In this document: positions 48,423 through 58,899 of the stretch, piece by piece | Layout: the number at the start of each line of letters is the position of its first letter | Numbering within the stretch: position 1 is the first letter of the stretch | IMG/VR virus record: IMGVR_UViG_3300021505_000001 | Coordinates: 64,001 to 128,000 of that record | Reading direction: 5' to 3' (one strand) | Length of the DNA: 64,000 bases | Origin: a virus | Position numbers and translations under genes: made by a program | The notes under the pieces: generated by a model | Seen by the model: only the letters and a program-made list of their open reading frames with translations | Told to the model about the DNA's origin: nothing | Database searches by the model: none

Positions 48423-49193
48423 CTATGATATAATATCTTCAAGTATAAAAACTAAACGATTTCTAAAACCAAGTATTTCTTTAGCTTCTGATACATCCAT
48501 AGCCCCACTTGCTATCATATCCTTTAAGGAATATAAAACTATTGCTGTTGGCACAGCAATATTTGGTAGTATTTTAAAGAAATTATCATCTATCTCTTCC
48601 ACTAACGTGGGGTCATTATCTATTTCAGCTTTTACTATTCTAACAACTGTATTGAACTCTTTATGCCTTTCTAAAAGAGAATTTGTCATTCCTACAATTG
48701 AAAATCCTTCATCTGTCTTTTCTGATACATTATTATTTTTGCTTTTAAAAGTAGTATCATATAATCTCAAAAGTAAGGAATGTTCTAATGATACTTCCCA
48801 AGCAGATGGAATATTTATTTTTATATTGCCTAACTGATTATCTGTTTTAGTCTGAAAAGTCTTTCCACTCTGAGAAATTGTAATTTTAGTACTGGTATTA
48901 AAAAACTGTTTTCGTATTTCTGATCTTTCCTCATCAAAATCCAAAGGAAATTCCTTTATTAATTCTTTTGTTGGAATATCTTCAGATTTTTGGGGTAGAG
49001 TCTTTTGTGAATTTAACAATAAATTTTTAATATCTTCCTCATCCTTACTAAGGATACTATCTTCTAAATATATTCCATAATCCTCCACAAATTGAGCTTT
49101 TAATTTTATAAGCTCTGCCAGTTCCACGGGAGTTAAACAATATATTCTACTTTGCAGATTTTTTATACGGGATATTTGTTCTGTACTCAACAA
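48423..49193 (-). CDS. Hypothetical protein
   Basis: AAGGAGG RBS, TTG start. Confidence 0.65.
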   Translation of the reverse strand: MLSTEQISRIKNLQSRIYCLTPVELAELIKLKAQFVEDYGIYLEDSILSKDEEDIKNLLLNSQKTLPQKSEDIPTKELIKEFPLDFDEERSEIRKQFFNTSTKITISQSGKTFQTKTDNQLGNIKINIPSAWEVSLEHSLLLRLYDTTFKSKNNNVSEKTDEGFSIVGMTNSLLERHKEFNTVVRIVKAEIDNDPTLVEEIDDNFFKILPNIAVPTAIVLYSLKDMIASGAMDVSEAKEILGFRNRLVFILEDIIS

Positions 49194-49210
49194 TTTAAAC
49201 CTCCTTTTGA

Positions 49211-49612
49211 TTATCGGTTAGACAATCTATTAATTGCGTCTGCTATCATCTGCTTTCTTGCTTGCATAGGCACTAGTGCTGAAATATAATCTACATCTAA
49301 TATACAAATATCTTTCTTTGCCTCTGTATGACTATTAGCCTTAAGATAAACTTTAATTGAATCTAAAGTTTCCTCCTTGTATATTTCTACAACATCTTTT
49401 GTTGGAGTATCTATTGGTAGTATTTCTTTTGTTAAATCTCTACCATGGCAAGCTTCTTGATAGACAAATAATGCTATTTGTTTGCCATAGTCTTGTTCTA
49501 TTTTTTCGAGACTTTTGTTTTGAAAATCAAATATAGAAATATCTTTGTGACAAGGCTTTTGAAAAATATATTGAGGATACAAAAAATTTTTTCTGTCTAC
49601 AACAATTTCCAT
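49211..49612 (-). CDS. Hypothetical protein
   Basis: Start moved to ATG 49612 behind AGGGGG. Confidence 0.6.
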   Translation of the reverse strand: MEIVVDRKNFLYPQYIFQKPCHKDISIFDFQNKSLEKIEQDYGKQIALFVYQEACHGRDLTKEILPIDTPTKDVVEIYKEETLDSIKVYLKANSHTEAKKDICILDVDYISALVPMQARKQMIADAINRLSNR

Positions 49613-49706
49613 ATAATAAACCCCCTTTAAAAAATACTCATAAAATCTAATCCCCAAAGATAGGGTTCTAACAGTACTATTACAAATCTCTTACTAATTA
49701 CATTAA

Positions 49707-49735
49707 ATTATACAAAATAAAGAAAAATAATGCAA
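49707..49735 (-). promoter_or_regulatory. Sigma70-like promoter TTGCAT-17-TATAAT
   Basis: Upstream of the 49612 operon. Confidence 0.6.
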
Positions 49736-49795
49736 GTTTTTAGGATAGTTTATTCTATGCTTAAATGTTGCTATTATTTTCTGGTTAGAACCTTA

Positions 49796-52700
49796 TTATC
49801 CACCAATACTTACATTTGGAGCACTTATATTTATTTGAGCAGCTTCTCTACGTTTATCTTCTGTAGTTTCTGATATAGCTTTTTTTGTTTCATCACCCAT
49901 AAATGGAGAAAGCATCCATTCACTTGTTTTACGTCCTGCCATAGCCGCAATATCAAGCAATCCCGTTCCTCCTGTAGCAAATCCTCCCAATGCCCAATCT
50001 ATAACATCAAAACCCATTTTATTTACGTTTCCTACAGCATTTGATATAGATGAAAAAGCACCAATACCTCTTTCTTTTGTATCTTTCCAAGCATTTTCTA
50101 CAAATGCATCATATCCTCCTTCTGTTAATTTCTTAGGAGTTACCCCACTTATTTCTTTTAGATTTTCAGATAAATTACCACCAGGTGTTACTTTTCCTGT
50201 TTTTGTTTCCTCACTTGTATTCTCTGTTGTATTTCCTTTCTTCTCACCAAAAGCTGATTCAATTGTACTTATTAAACTTTGAAATGCTGATTCAAGATTA
50301 TTAGAAGTTGAAGCTAAACTAGCAAAACTACTTCCAACTTCTTCAGCACCAGTAAATTGTCTTTCAAAACCAAGTTTTTCAGCCGTTTTAGCTTGTGTTT
50401 CTAATCCAGCTACTTGTTTACTCATAAAAGTTAAAGTAGGTTTCCTAAATAACTGTCCAATATCTTCCATTGAAGCCCCTGAAAGCATAAGGGACTCTGC
50501 CATTTGTGGACCGGCTTGTGCTAAAGTTTCATAACTTATTAAACCTTTTTCAAGAAGTGATTTATATGCCATTCCTTGAGACTTACGAAAACCCATATAT
50601 TCTTCAGGAGATACAGCTCCATAAGCCATAGCAACACTTTCTAAAGACTTATTCATTTTAGCTCCTTGAATTACCATTCCTTGTGTCTGAGGCACAAATT
50701 CTTGTAGTTTTTGAACAAGAAGTTGTCTGTTTTCTGGTTGTAATAAATTTTCGGAAACACGGGTTGGTTGCCAATTTTCATATAACATTTCATTGATTGT
50801 ACGGGTAGCTATTTGAGGAACAACTTCTCTACGATATGTTTCTCCTACTTGTTGTTTTGATTCTTTAAATTGTTGACTTTGTTTTTGTAATTCAGCTAAC
50901 ATTTGGCGTAAAATAGCTTCAACCATTTTTTGCCCTGTTTCTGATTCTGGTTTAACACCAGCAGCTTTAAGAGAAGTTTCAATTCCTGCACGGAGTTCTT
51001 TTTCATAATCCCCACGAAAACGTAAATTACCCCCTTTACTAATTTCTGTAATATTTTTAAAATCAACAACACCTCGTGACATAAGAGGACTTATATTTTC
51101 ACCCCATGTTGTCATAAAAGCTTCTCTTTTTTCAGGAGAAATATTTAATCCTCTTTTTGTAGTTTCATATAGAGTTTTTGATACCTCAAAAGGCATTTTT
51201 GTCATTTTAACATATTCTTCTCTCCAACTACTAAAATCAGGCATTTTTTCAGGTAGTTTATATTCCTTTTCAATAGCTTTCATTTCTTTTCCTGCTTTGG
51301 TTCCAGCTTCACTAATAGGTGTTTCCATATATGATTTTTCAAGTCTACTAAGATACTCTTGATTTGTTGCAGAAGATGCTAAACGTTTTTGTTCTTTTTC
51401 TCTTTTATATCCAGCATATAATTTGTATAATTCTGCACCACCTACCATAGCAGTCCCTATTCCTATTGTCCAAGGATTAGGAATCATCATCATTCCTGCA
51501 CCAAGTGCTTCAATACCACCTGCAACTGTCATTGAAGTACTTTGAGTTCGGTAACCTTCTACCATTGAGGATACACCCCTTAAACCACCAATACCAATAC
51601 CACCATAACGCAGATAACGCCCAAATGCATTACTTCTTTGGAATGCCCGTGCATAGGGGGAACCTTCTTCTGCCCAAACTGGAGGCGTAGCACTTATATT
51701 AAGTAAACCTTTTAATCCACCTTGTAATCTTCCCATATTTAATTGTGGATTTGTAAATCGTCCAATTATTGTAGGAATAGTTGTTGATAATGCTGTACCT
51801 ATAGTTGTAGCTAATCTACCAATTCCACTACTTCCACCTACTCTAGCAAGTTTATCTCCTATTCCTGCAAAACCACCAACTTTACTCCATAGCCCAGGAC
51901 CAAATTGTAATGCAGAACCAATACCAATATCTAATAACCCTTGCATATATCTACCTTTTGATATATCTTCTCCACCAACAGAATACATAGAAGTTCCAAG
52001 AAGCCATCTAGCAGCAGCTCCAGTACCTTTTCTTGTAGCTATAGAAGGAGCTAACCAAGCAGCGGCTCCTGTTCCTGTTTGTAGTAGTTTTCCAAAACCT
52101 TGAAGAAGTCCACCATATCCGCCACCAGAAAAAGCTTCTCGTATAGCAGATGGTATTCCTTTAATTCCACTACCAATCATAGCTCCAGGAAGTTCAACTG
52201 CTGTTCGTACTGTTTGCTGTAACATAACACCTGCTATTGGTTTAAAGGATGTCATTGCAGCTTTTTGCATAACATCAGCCATTCGTTTCATAACAGGGGC
52301 AAAAGTACTATCATTTATAGAACTACCAACTTCATCAATACTATCTTCAAGTGCAGAAAGAAAATCATTTATAAGACGTGCTGTAGCACGTTTCATTTGT
52401 TCTCCACCTTCACTTCCACCCATTACTTCAGCAGCTTTTGTAGCTTTTTGATAACTTCCAATACTACCAAACAATTTCTTATTAAAATCTGAAATTATAC
52501 TACCTATACCTCCACTTAAATTCATTCCTCCAACAATACTTTGTATAACTTGATTAATAGCTGTAGCTGATAATGCCATGCCACCTTGAGTTGTTCCATA
52601 AAGACGAGTAGTAACACTAGCCAGCTCCTGATTATAATCTGATTTAAAACGAGATATATCTAAGCCTGCTTTTGCTATATCTCTTAAGGCATCTGCTATA

Positions 52701-55105
52701 TTTGTAGCTTTAGACAGATCAGCTTTAGCATATTCAGATTTAGATGCCACACGTTGAATAGTAGTTCTTTCAATATATCCCTGTTGTGATTCTGGTAACA
52801 AACGTCCCAGCTCAGTATTTTTTAATTCTATTATTTGAGAACTTTGTATTTTTTGTTCTCCACCAAGTAATTTAAGAACATCTTGTGTTAATGGTTGGTT
52901 TTGGCGGGAAACCATAGGAAGTATTAAAGCAGATGTTAAACTATCTGAAAGGTTTCTTAACTGAACATCAAACTGAGCACCTTTACTCATTAATATTTCA
53001 TTACCACCAAACATGTTCATCATAGCTTGTGCCATAATGTTTAGTTTTTCTTCACCAGTACCACCTTTAAATTCTGCAACTGTTTTACCAGCATAAGAGG
53101 CCAAAAGTTCAGGAGATATATTAAATCTCATCTGAAGTGATCTGAATTGTCCACCTAACATTTCACGTATAGCAAATAAAGCACCACCAGTACCTTGTTC
53201 AGGAGCTAACATACTCAATAACTGAACAGTATTAAACATCTGTTTTTGAAATTGTGGTTGTGTAGCTAATGGACGTGTTGATGGATATGTTGCCATAGCT
53301 GTTAACACTTCCATTGCTTCTGGAAATTGAATTGGTTGTGTTTGAGCTATTCTTAAAGCAGAACTTACTGCTTGTTGTGAATATGAGCGTGAACCAAGTA
53401 AAGCTTGCATACTATTCATACGCCCTTGTATATCAGACATAATTTGAGGAGCTTGTTGAGCAAATCCAGCAATTTCCTGATACATAGGTTGTAAACCAGT
53501 AATATTTCCTGCTGTCTGATATACAGGTTGTACTGCTTGATATGTAGCTTCCATTGGTATTCTTGTCATGGCTTCAAATACTGCACCAGACATACCAAAC
53601 ATCAAAGCCCATTGGAGTTGTTGAATATTCATACCAACAAACTGTTCACCTACACCTTTGACAGTTGGAGCATACTGATATTTTATCTTTTCTCCAAATG
53701 TCATTTTTTCACTACCACCAAGAAGTGACTGTTGTCGTCTTAGTGTTTTAGCACTTCTAGATAATTGTGCAATTTCACGATAAAGATCATTATTAACTGA
53801 TTTTAAACGTTGTGGTTTAATTGAATCAGATGCCTGTTTAAATTTCTCTGAAAAATCAGATGCAGCCTCCTGAAATTGTTGAGAATATCTATTCCATTCA
53901 TCTGTACCTGGTTCAGCTTTTTCTAATTTACTTTGTAATTTATCAGCTCTGGCAAAAGATTCTTCAAGCCCTCTAAAATTTATACCTGTTTCTCTTTCTG
54001 CTTTTCGTACATCACCACCATAAGCTTCTTTTATTTTGTTTATAATAGATGCTTCAACAGATGTCGCTTTTCGACCAACATCCATCACAGCAGCCGTTTT
54101 CATTTCTCTGGCTGATAAATTTCTATCAATTTCACTTATATTAGATTTAACAGCTCCTATAAGTCCTGCAAAAGCATCTTGACTTGTAAATTGAAAAGAA
54201 CCCCCCATCCCATGTATAGATGTTGCGGGTCCAAACATACGGGTTGCTGAATGAATTCCACCAGTTTGAACTTGTTCTTGAAAAGCTTGCATATAATTTT
54301 CAAGACTTCGAAAAGCTGGTTGTGATAACTGTTGTGCTTCTCTTGCTTGTCTTTGTGACAAACCTCTTTCAAGAGCATCAACAACATCCTGTGTAAAAAC
54401 ATCAGGCCGTTGTTGTTGAAGTTCTTTAACACCTGAACGGGCATTCAAGGTAGCCATATAATCTTGTAAAATTTTATTCTGTCCTTCTTTATCAAAAAAA
54501 CCTCTATCTGTTCCTCTGAGATATGTAAGACTGGATTCTAACGAACCAAGAGCAGTATTCAATTGAGATGGAGAAAAATTCTCTCTCATTAAATTACCTG
54601 CCTGAATTTCAGTTTGATAAGCTGGATACTTTTTAGGTTCTAAAGGACTTTCTGATAACAGGGATGCACGCAAACCTTTAAGAACTTCTTCCTCTTTATA
54701 ACCAGGAATTGTGCTAGGGGGTGGAATATACTGAGGAGGATTATTATAATCATAGGCATAGGGATTTGTGGGTCCTTCTGGTGGCACATTTCCACTTGTA
54801 GAAGATATAGATTCATCAAAATCTTTAGCAGACCTACTAGCCCCTCTCAATTGTTGATTAAAATCATCAAAAGCAGAACGTACATCTTCCATTAATGATT
54901 TAATATCATTATCTTTTGCTGAGGGACGTATTTTTTGAGAAGCTTCTGATGTTCCACCAGTAGCAGAACCAACTAATTTATTAATACCAGTATCTAATTT
55001 ATTAAAGATATCTGATAACCCATTAATAGATTCAGCAGATGTTTGTAATATTTCTAATATAGTATTGGCTGTTCCTATATCAGAAGAAGAACCAGTAGGT
55101 GGCAT
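49796..55105 (-). CDS. Tail tape measure protein
   Basis: 1769 aa, Ala/Gly/Gln-rich helical, central AQTQPIQFPE...GALFAIREMLGGQFRSLQMRF region, Gly-rich hydrophobic stretch. Confidence 0.8.
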   Translation of the reverse strand: MPPTGSSSDIGTANTILEILQTSAESINGLSDIFNKLDTGINKLVGSATGGTSEASQKIRPSAKDNDIKSLMEDVRSAFDDFNQQLRGASRSAKDFDESISSTSGNVPPEGPTNPYAYDYNNPPQYIPPPSTIPGYKEEEVLKGLRASLLSESPLEPKKYPAYQTEIQAGNLMRENFSPSQLNTALGSLESSLTYLRGTDRGFFDKEGQNKILQDYMATLNARSGVKELQQQRPDVFTQDVVDALERGLSQRQAREAQQLSQPAFRSLENYMQAFQEQVQTGGIHSATRMFGPATSIHGMGGSFQFTSQDAFAGLIGAVKSNISEIDRNLSAREMKTAAVMDVGRKATSVEASIINKIKEAYGGDVRKAERETGINFRGLEESFARADKLQSKLEKAEPGTDEWNRYSQQFQEAASDFSEKFKQASDSIKPQRLKSVNNDLYREIAQLSRSAKTLRRQQSLLGGSEKMTFGEKIKYQYAPTVKGVGEQFVGMNIQQLQWALMFGMSGAVFEAMTRIPMEATYQAVQPVYQTAGNITGLQPMYQEIAGFAQQAPQIMSDIQGRMNSMQALLGSRSYSQQAVSSALRIAQTQPIQFPEAMEVLTAMATYPSTRPLATQPQFQKQMFNTVQLLSMLAPEQGTGGALFAIREMLGGQFRSLQMRFNISPELLASYAGKTVAEFKGGTGEEKLNIMAQAMMNMFGGNEILMSKGAQFDVQLRNLSDSLTSALILPMVSRQNQPLTQDVLKLLGGEQKIQSSQIIELKNTELGRLLPESQQGYIERTTIQRVASKSEYAKADLSKATNIADALRDIAKAGLDISRFKSDYNQELASVTTRLYGTTQGGMALSATAINQVIQSIVGGMNLSGGIGSIISDFNKKLFGSIGSYQKATKAAEVMGGSEGGEQMKRATARLINDFLSALEDSIDEVGSSINDSTFAPVMKRMADVMQKAAMTSFKPIAGVMLQQTVRTAVELPGAMIGSGIKGIPSAIREAFSGGGYGGLLQGFGKLLQTGTGAAAWLAPSIATRKGTGAAARWLLGTSMYSVGGEDISKGRYMQGLLDIGIGSALQFGPGLWSKVGGFAGIGDKLARVGGSSGIGRLATTIGTALSTTIPTIIGRFTNPQLNMGRLQGGLKGLLNISATPPVWAEEGSPYARAFQRSNAFGRYLRYGGIGIGGLRGVSSMVEGYRTQSTSMTVAGGIEALGAGMMMIPNPWTIGIGTAMVGGAELYKLYAGYKREKEQKRLASSATNQEYLSRLEKSYMETPISEAGTKAGKEMKAIEKEYKLPEKMPDFSSWREEYVKMTKMPFEVSKTLYETTKRGLNISPEKREAFMTTWGENISPLMSRGVVDFKNITEISKGGNLRFRGDYEKELRAGIETSLKAAGVKPESETGQKMVEAILRQMLAELQKQSQQFKESKQQVGETYRREVVPQIATRTINEMLYENWQPTRVSENLLQPENRQLLVQKLQEFVPQTQGMVIQGAKMNKSLESVAMAYGAVSPEEYMGFRKSQGMAYKSLLEKGLISYETLAQAGPQMAESLMLSGASMEDIGQLFRKPTLTFMSKQVAGLETQAKTAEKLGFERQFTGAEEVGSSFASLASTSNNLESAFQSLISTIESAFGEKKGNTTENTSEETKTGKVTPGGNLSENLKEISGVTPKKLTEGGYDAFVENAWKDTKERGIGAFSSISNAVGNVNKMGFDVIDWALGGFATGGTGLLDIAAMAGRKTSEWMLSPFMGDETKKAISETTEDKRREAAQINISAPNVSIGG

Positions 55106-55116
55106 AATTTAACTCC

Positions 55117-55881
55117 TTATAAATTATACATTTCATCAGCGAATCCCATTTTAATGGCATCCTTAGCAGTAAACCAAGATTCACTTTTTAACATCTCTTT
55201 TGTTTCATCTACAGATAATTTCGTTTTACTTGAAATAAAACTGACTAATTGTTTATAGATATTTTCAAGATGTTTCATATAATCAAGAATATCCTGATGT
55301 TTTCCTACAATTCCTGTTCTAAACTGATGAACAAGAATATGAGTGTTTGGTGTTATATATCTCTTTTTCCCAGCTATAAGAATACTTACTGCCATAGAAG
55401 CAACTGTACCAGTTCCAACAGTGTATATTGGAATAGGAAAATTTTCCATAAAATCAATTAAATCAAAACCATCTGACATAGACCCACCAGGACTATTTAT
55501 ATGTAAATAAATTGCCATTTCCTTTGGATTATGAACACCAATATTAAAATAATTTTTTGTAACACAACCTCTCATATCAATTAAAAATCTTTTAATTTCA
55601 TTGACACTTTCTTTATGTACTTCCCCACGAAAATATAAGTGATTACCATCTACATATATAATTGGAAAATCTACAAACAAAAATCCCCATACAAAATCTA
55701 CATCTTTTCTAATATTTTCATTGGAATATCTACTCGCTTGAAATTTATCCTTTGTAGATTTATCATCCTCTTCAGGATTTTTAGGTAACAAACCTACAGA
55801 TTCTCTAACCTTCTCTAAATCATCAGATTTATAACTTAATAAATCTTCTATATTTGGTACTTCATTTACAGGAATAAACAT
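55117..55881 (-). CDS. ClpP-like (S14) serine protease
   Basis: INSPGGS, VASMA (Ser), LVHQ (His), WFTA..A...GFAD. Confidence 0.9.
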   Translation of the reverse strand: MFIPVNEVPNIEDLLSYKSDDLEKVRESVGLLPKNPEEDDKSTKDKFQASRYSNENIRKDVDFVWGFLFVDFPIIYVDGNHLYFRGEVHKESVNEIKRFLIDMRGCVTKNYFNIGVHNPKEMAIYLHINSPGGSMSDGFDLIDFMENFPIPIYTVGTGTVASMAVSILIAGKKRYITPNTHILVHQFRTGIVGKHQDILDYMKHLENIYKQLVSFISSKTKLSVDETKEMLKSESWFTAKDAIKMGFADEMYNL

Positions 55882-55914
55882 TTTTTTAAACCTCCTATTT
55901 TATTGTTGTTTTTC

Positions 55915-55923
55915 AATGTTTTA
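55915..55923 (-). promoter_or_regulatory. Late promoter motif TAAAACATT
   Basis: 34 bp upstream of the ClpP start. Confidence 0.65.
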
Positions 55924-55930
55924 CTATTAC

Positions 55931-57697
55931 TCAAAGAAATAAATATTTTAGATTACCAGCGTCATAGATTCTTCTATATCCATGTATGTATAAATTTTCT
56001 GAAGTACTTAGATTGGAATTAAAATTTGGTAGGAGTTTTTTTAATTTATATCGTTGGAAACTAATTCTATGCTTTAAAGAATAAATATCATCCTGATGAA
56101 AAACCCAAAAATTTGGTTTGGTTATCGATAAAAGCTTGAAATTATTTATTTCATAAACACTACCATTACTCCATCTACGATTAGCAAAACTTATAATTTT
56201 ACAGTTTCCATTGTGTTTTAAAAGCTTTGAAAACCCACCAACAACAGATATATATTTTAAATTACAATAGCGTAACAATTCAATTGTATCTTGATTTCCA
56301 AAACGAGATTTGCCAAAAGACATACAGGCAACTAACATATTTTTAAATAATAATCCTATATGTAAATTTCCACCAACAATACCTCCTTGTAAATGATTAT
56401 CATAATAAAAATTATTTGCTTCTTTTTGAGATAGTTTAATTATATTACAATTTCTTGCATAAATCTTCTTTTTAAAAAGACCAAACTTAGAAGATATAAC
56501 AGACTCCCAAATTTTTTGTTTGTTAGGATTATTCCATTCATTTTCAAAAATCTGAAGTAGTAAGATACCTTTTTGAGAAGCTTTATTAGCCTTTTCCCAT
56601 AGTCTACTTTTTAGTTTACCTTCCATATAAGCATTATTTGGGTGGTAACCAAATGAATGCCATATCATACTATGGAATTCTATTCCTATTTTCTTTTCAG
56701 GAACATAAACATCTATTTCAAATGGTGGGATAACATTTCTTACATTTAATTCTATTTTATCTATTCCAATTGATTCTAAAAAGTCTTTAATTTCCACCTC
56801 AAATCGGGAGTGTCCTCTATATGGTTTATAAGGAATACCAATACGATTTAAATGACATCTGATATTAGTTAAATTATTTATCCCAAAAAAAGACATCATT
56901 TCCCGATAGCGAATAGTTCCATCAGAATTAATAAAATTCTCTTTAATAAAAGAACTATTATTCCATAAATCAAGATTTTTTATATGCCTTTGTGATGGAT
57001 TAGATACACCATAACGTTGCATACAAGTATTTTCTCTTTTTTCAACTATAGCTTTAAGCTGGCTAACATTATCGACACCATACCTCTTTTTTACTGTCTC
57101 TTTAATCTTTCTTTTAACTTTATCTGATTGAGATGGATGGCAACCATAATTCTCTACAAATTTTCTTTTTATCTTTCTTTTTATTATTTCAGATTGGAAA
57201 GTAAATTCTGTACCATATCTTTCTTTATTTGTTTTCTTTCGTTTTTCAGTAGCTTTTTTACTATGAGCTTTTAATGAATTGTTTTTTTGAAAATTAGAAT
57301 TATGAAAATTTGAGGCATAACCATACCTTTTTATAAAAGTAGCTTTTGTAGCCTCTTTTAAATGAATTTTACGAGCTTCTAAACTTCCATATTTTTTAAT
57401 CCAAGTTTCTTCAGTTTTTTTCTTTTTCCTTTCATCACTATTAGCACACTTAATACTACAGTAAGGAGCATAACCTTTATTAAAAGATATAAAACGAGAT
57501 TTTTTTAATTTACAATGTTTGCATATAGAAGTACCGTATAGGATAACATATAATCTTTCACTAAGAGAACTATCCTCTGAAAGGAAATTTGTAGCTCTTA
57601 TAATTTTCTCTAACAAATCTTTCTTAGTACGAAAAATTAAACCAAAACTTTTTGGTGATTTATCTTTAATAAGTTTACTTATTTCCTGTTTTAACAT
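55931..57697 (-). CDS. Hef-like free-standing homing endonuclease (paralog of 44304..46136)
   Basis: YCSIKC, RYGVDN repeats, FEIDVYVP..IGIEFH..WHS, NHLQG, FANRRWSNG, YDAG. Confidence 0.8.
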   Translation of the reverse strand: MLKQEISKLIKDKSPKSFGLIFRTKKDLLEKIIRATNFLSEDSSLSERLYVILYGTSICKHCKLKKSRFISFNKGYAPYCSIKCANSDERKKKKTEETWIKKYGSLEARKIHLKEATKATFIKRYGYASNFHNSNFQKNNSLKAHSKKATEKRKKTNKERYGTEFTFQSEIIKRKIKRKFVENYGCHPSQSDKVKRKIKETVKKRYGVDNVSQLKAIVEKRENTCMQRYGVSNPSQRHIKNLDLWNNSSFIKENFINSDGTIRYREMMSFFGINNLTNIRCHLNRIGIPYKPYRGHSRFEVEIKDFLESIGIDKIELNVRNVIPPFEIDVYVPEKKIGIEFHSMIWHSFGYHPNNAYMEGKLKSRLWEKANKASQKGILLLQIFENEWNNPNKQKIWESVISSKFGLFKKKIYARNCNIIKLSQKEANNFYYDNHLQGGIVGGNLHIGLLFKNMLVACMSFGKSRFGNQDTIELLRYCNLKYISVVGGFSKLLKHNGNCKIISFANRRWSNGSVYEINNFKLLSITKPNFWVFHQDDIYSLKHRISFQRYKLKKLLPNFNSNLSTSENLYIHGYRRIYDAGNLKYLFL

Positions 57698-57726
57698 CGA
57701 AAATACTCCTGGATAAGGTTTGTTGT

Positions 57727-57755
57727 AATGTAACCTTTAGAACAAAAAAAAGCAA
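57727..57755 (-). promoter_or_regulatory. Sigma70-like promoter TTGCTT-17-TACATT overlapping the capsid terminator
   Basis: Spacing and position upstream of the endonuclease. Confidence 0.5.
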
Positions 57756-57784
57756 GGAGTATTTATTAGATACCCCTTGCTTTT
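57744..57784 (-). terminator. Terminator after the major capsid gene
   Basis: GCAAGGGGTAT/ATACTCCTTGC stem plus T8. Confidence 0.8.
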
Positions 57785-57806
57785 AAAGTTTATAGGAGAA
57801 TTAATC

Positions 57807-58880
57807 CTATGAAATAGTTACAACTCCATAAAGGTCTGTCATTGGATAAGCTTTTGCGTAGAATGAACCTACACTTCTAATCCAAGTCCAGTTTTCTATA
57901 TTATAGAAGCTGTCCATAATTACAAGTGGAATATATGGGGCATAAATAGCTCCACATTCAAGTTCACTACTTCCCTTATAACCAACAAGAATGCTGTTAA
58001 TATTAAGATTCGGAACCACGTAAATATCAAATTCATCGTTAAGAGTTCCTTGCAGGAAGAGCCTCTTAATACTTTGTGGATTTCCAGGACTTCCAACACC
58101 AATATAGTCCCCACTTCTCTTCATATAAGCAGCAACACGTGGATTACAAACTGTAAAGTTTGGATAACGTCTTGTTTTGTTATAAATTTCAGATGCTACA
58201 TCAACAATACTATAGAAAAGTTCTTTTTCTTTTCTATCTTTAGTTTGTGGAGAATCAGCAGGAATAGGAGCTGACCAACTTGCAGTTGCCCCTGTAGCAT
58301 TATTGAATAAGTCATACAAAATTTCAAAATTGATTTCTTCAACAATTTTAGAAGCTAATGCTTTGGTAATTTCCTGTTCAAGGTTCATCCCAAGTTTTGA
58401 AGTAGCATCAGCAGCTTCAAATGTCCAACGACCTGCTAATTTTCTCTGACGTGCCCTTGCCCCTTCTTCACGGACAACAAAATCAATAGCTTTTGTAACA
58501 TCTTGACCTTCACCAGGGTCATTTGAATAGTTAACAGTTACGTTATCAATTGCTGAATCCCCAGCGGAAATACCCTCAGCAGCAAAATCTGTTGAATAAA
58601 CATAGTCAATATACTGAACCAAAGCAACCCTATCAGGTATTGGTTGTACACCAACCAGTTTATTAACCAGACTATCACGTGCTAATTTCTTAATAGCAGG
58701 AAGAAACACAGTAGCAATTCTATCAATATTTGCTGTTGTAGTTTGTTCTGCTATTCTGGTAAGTTCCTTAGTTTCATTATCCAAAAGAGAATGATACATA
58801 TCTATCATTTCCTCTGGAATACCAGCAATATCATTTTTTGCTTCTGTAATGTATTGAAGGATTTTTTCTTCTTTATCCAT
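57807..58880 (-). CDS. Major capsid protein (T4 gp23-like)
   Basis: LVGVQP, RKLAGRWT.EA, EINFEI, ILVGYKG, IYAPYIPL; start moved to ATG 58880. Confidence 0.9.
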   Translation of the reverse strand: MDKEEKILQYITEAKNDIAGIPEEMIDMYHSLLDNETKELTRIAEQTTTANIDRIATVFLPAIKKLARDSLVNKLVGVQPIPDRVALVQYIDYVYSTDFAAEGISAGDSAIDNVTVNYSNDPGEGQDVTKAIDFVVREEGARARQRKLAGRWTFEAADATSKLGMNLEQEITKALASKIVEEINFEILYDLFNNATGATASWSAPIPADSPQTKDRKEKELFYSIVDVASEIYNKTRRYPNFTVCNPRVAAYMKRSGDYIGVGSPGNPQSIKRLFLQGTLNDEFDIYVVPNLNINSILVGYKGSSELECGAIYAPYIPLVIMDSFYNIENWTWIRSVGSFYAKAYPMTDLYGVVTIS

Positions 58881-58899
58881 TATTAATTTCCCTCCTTTA

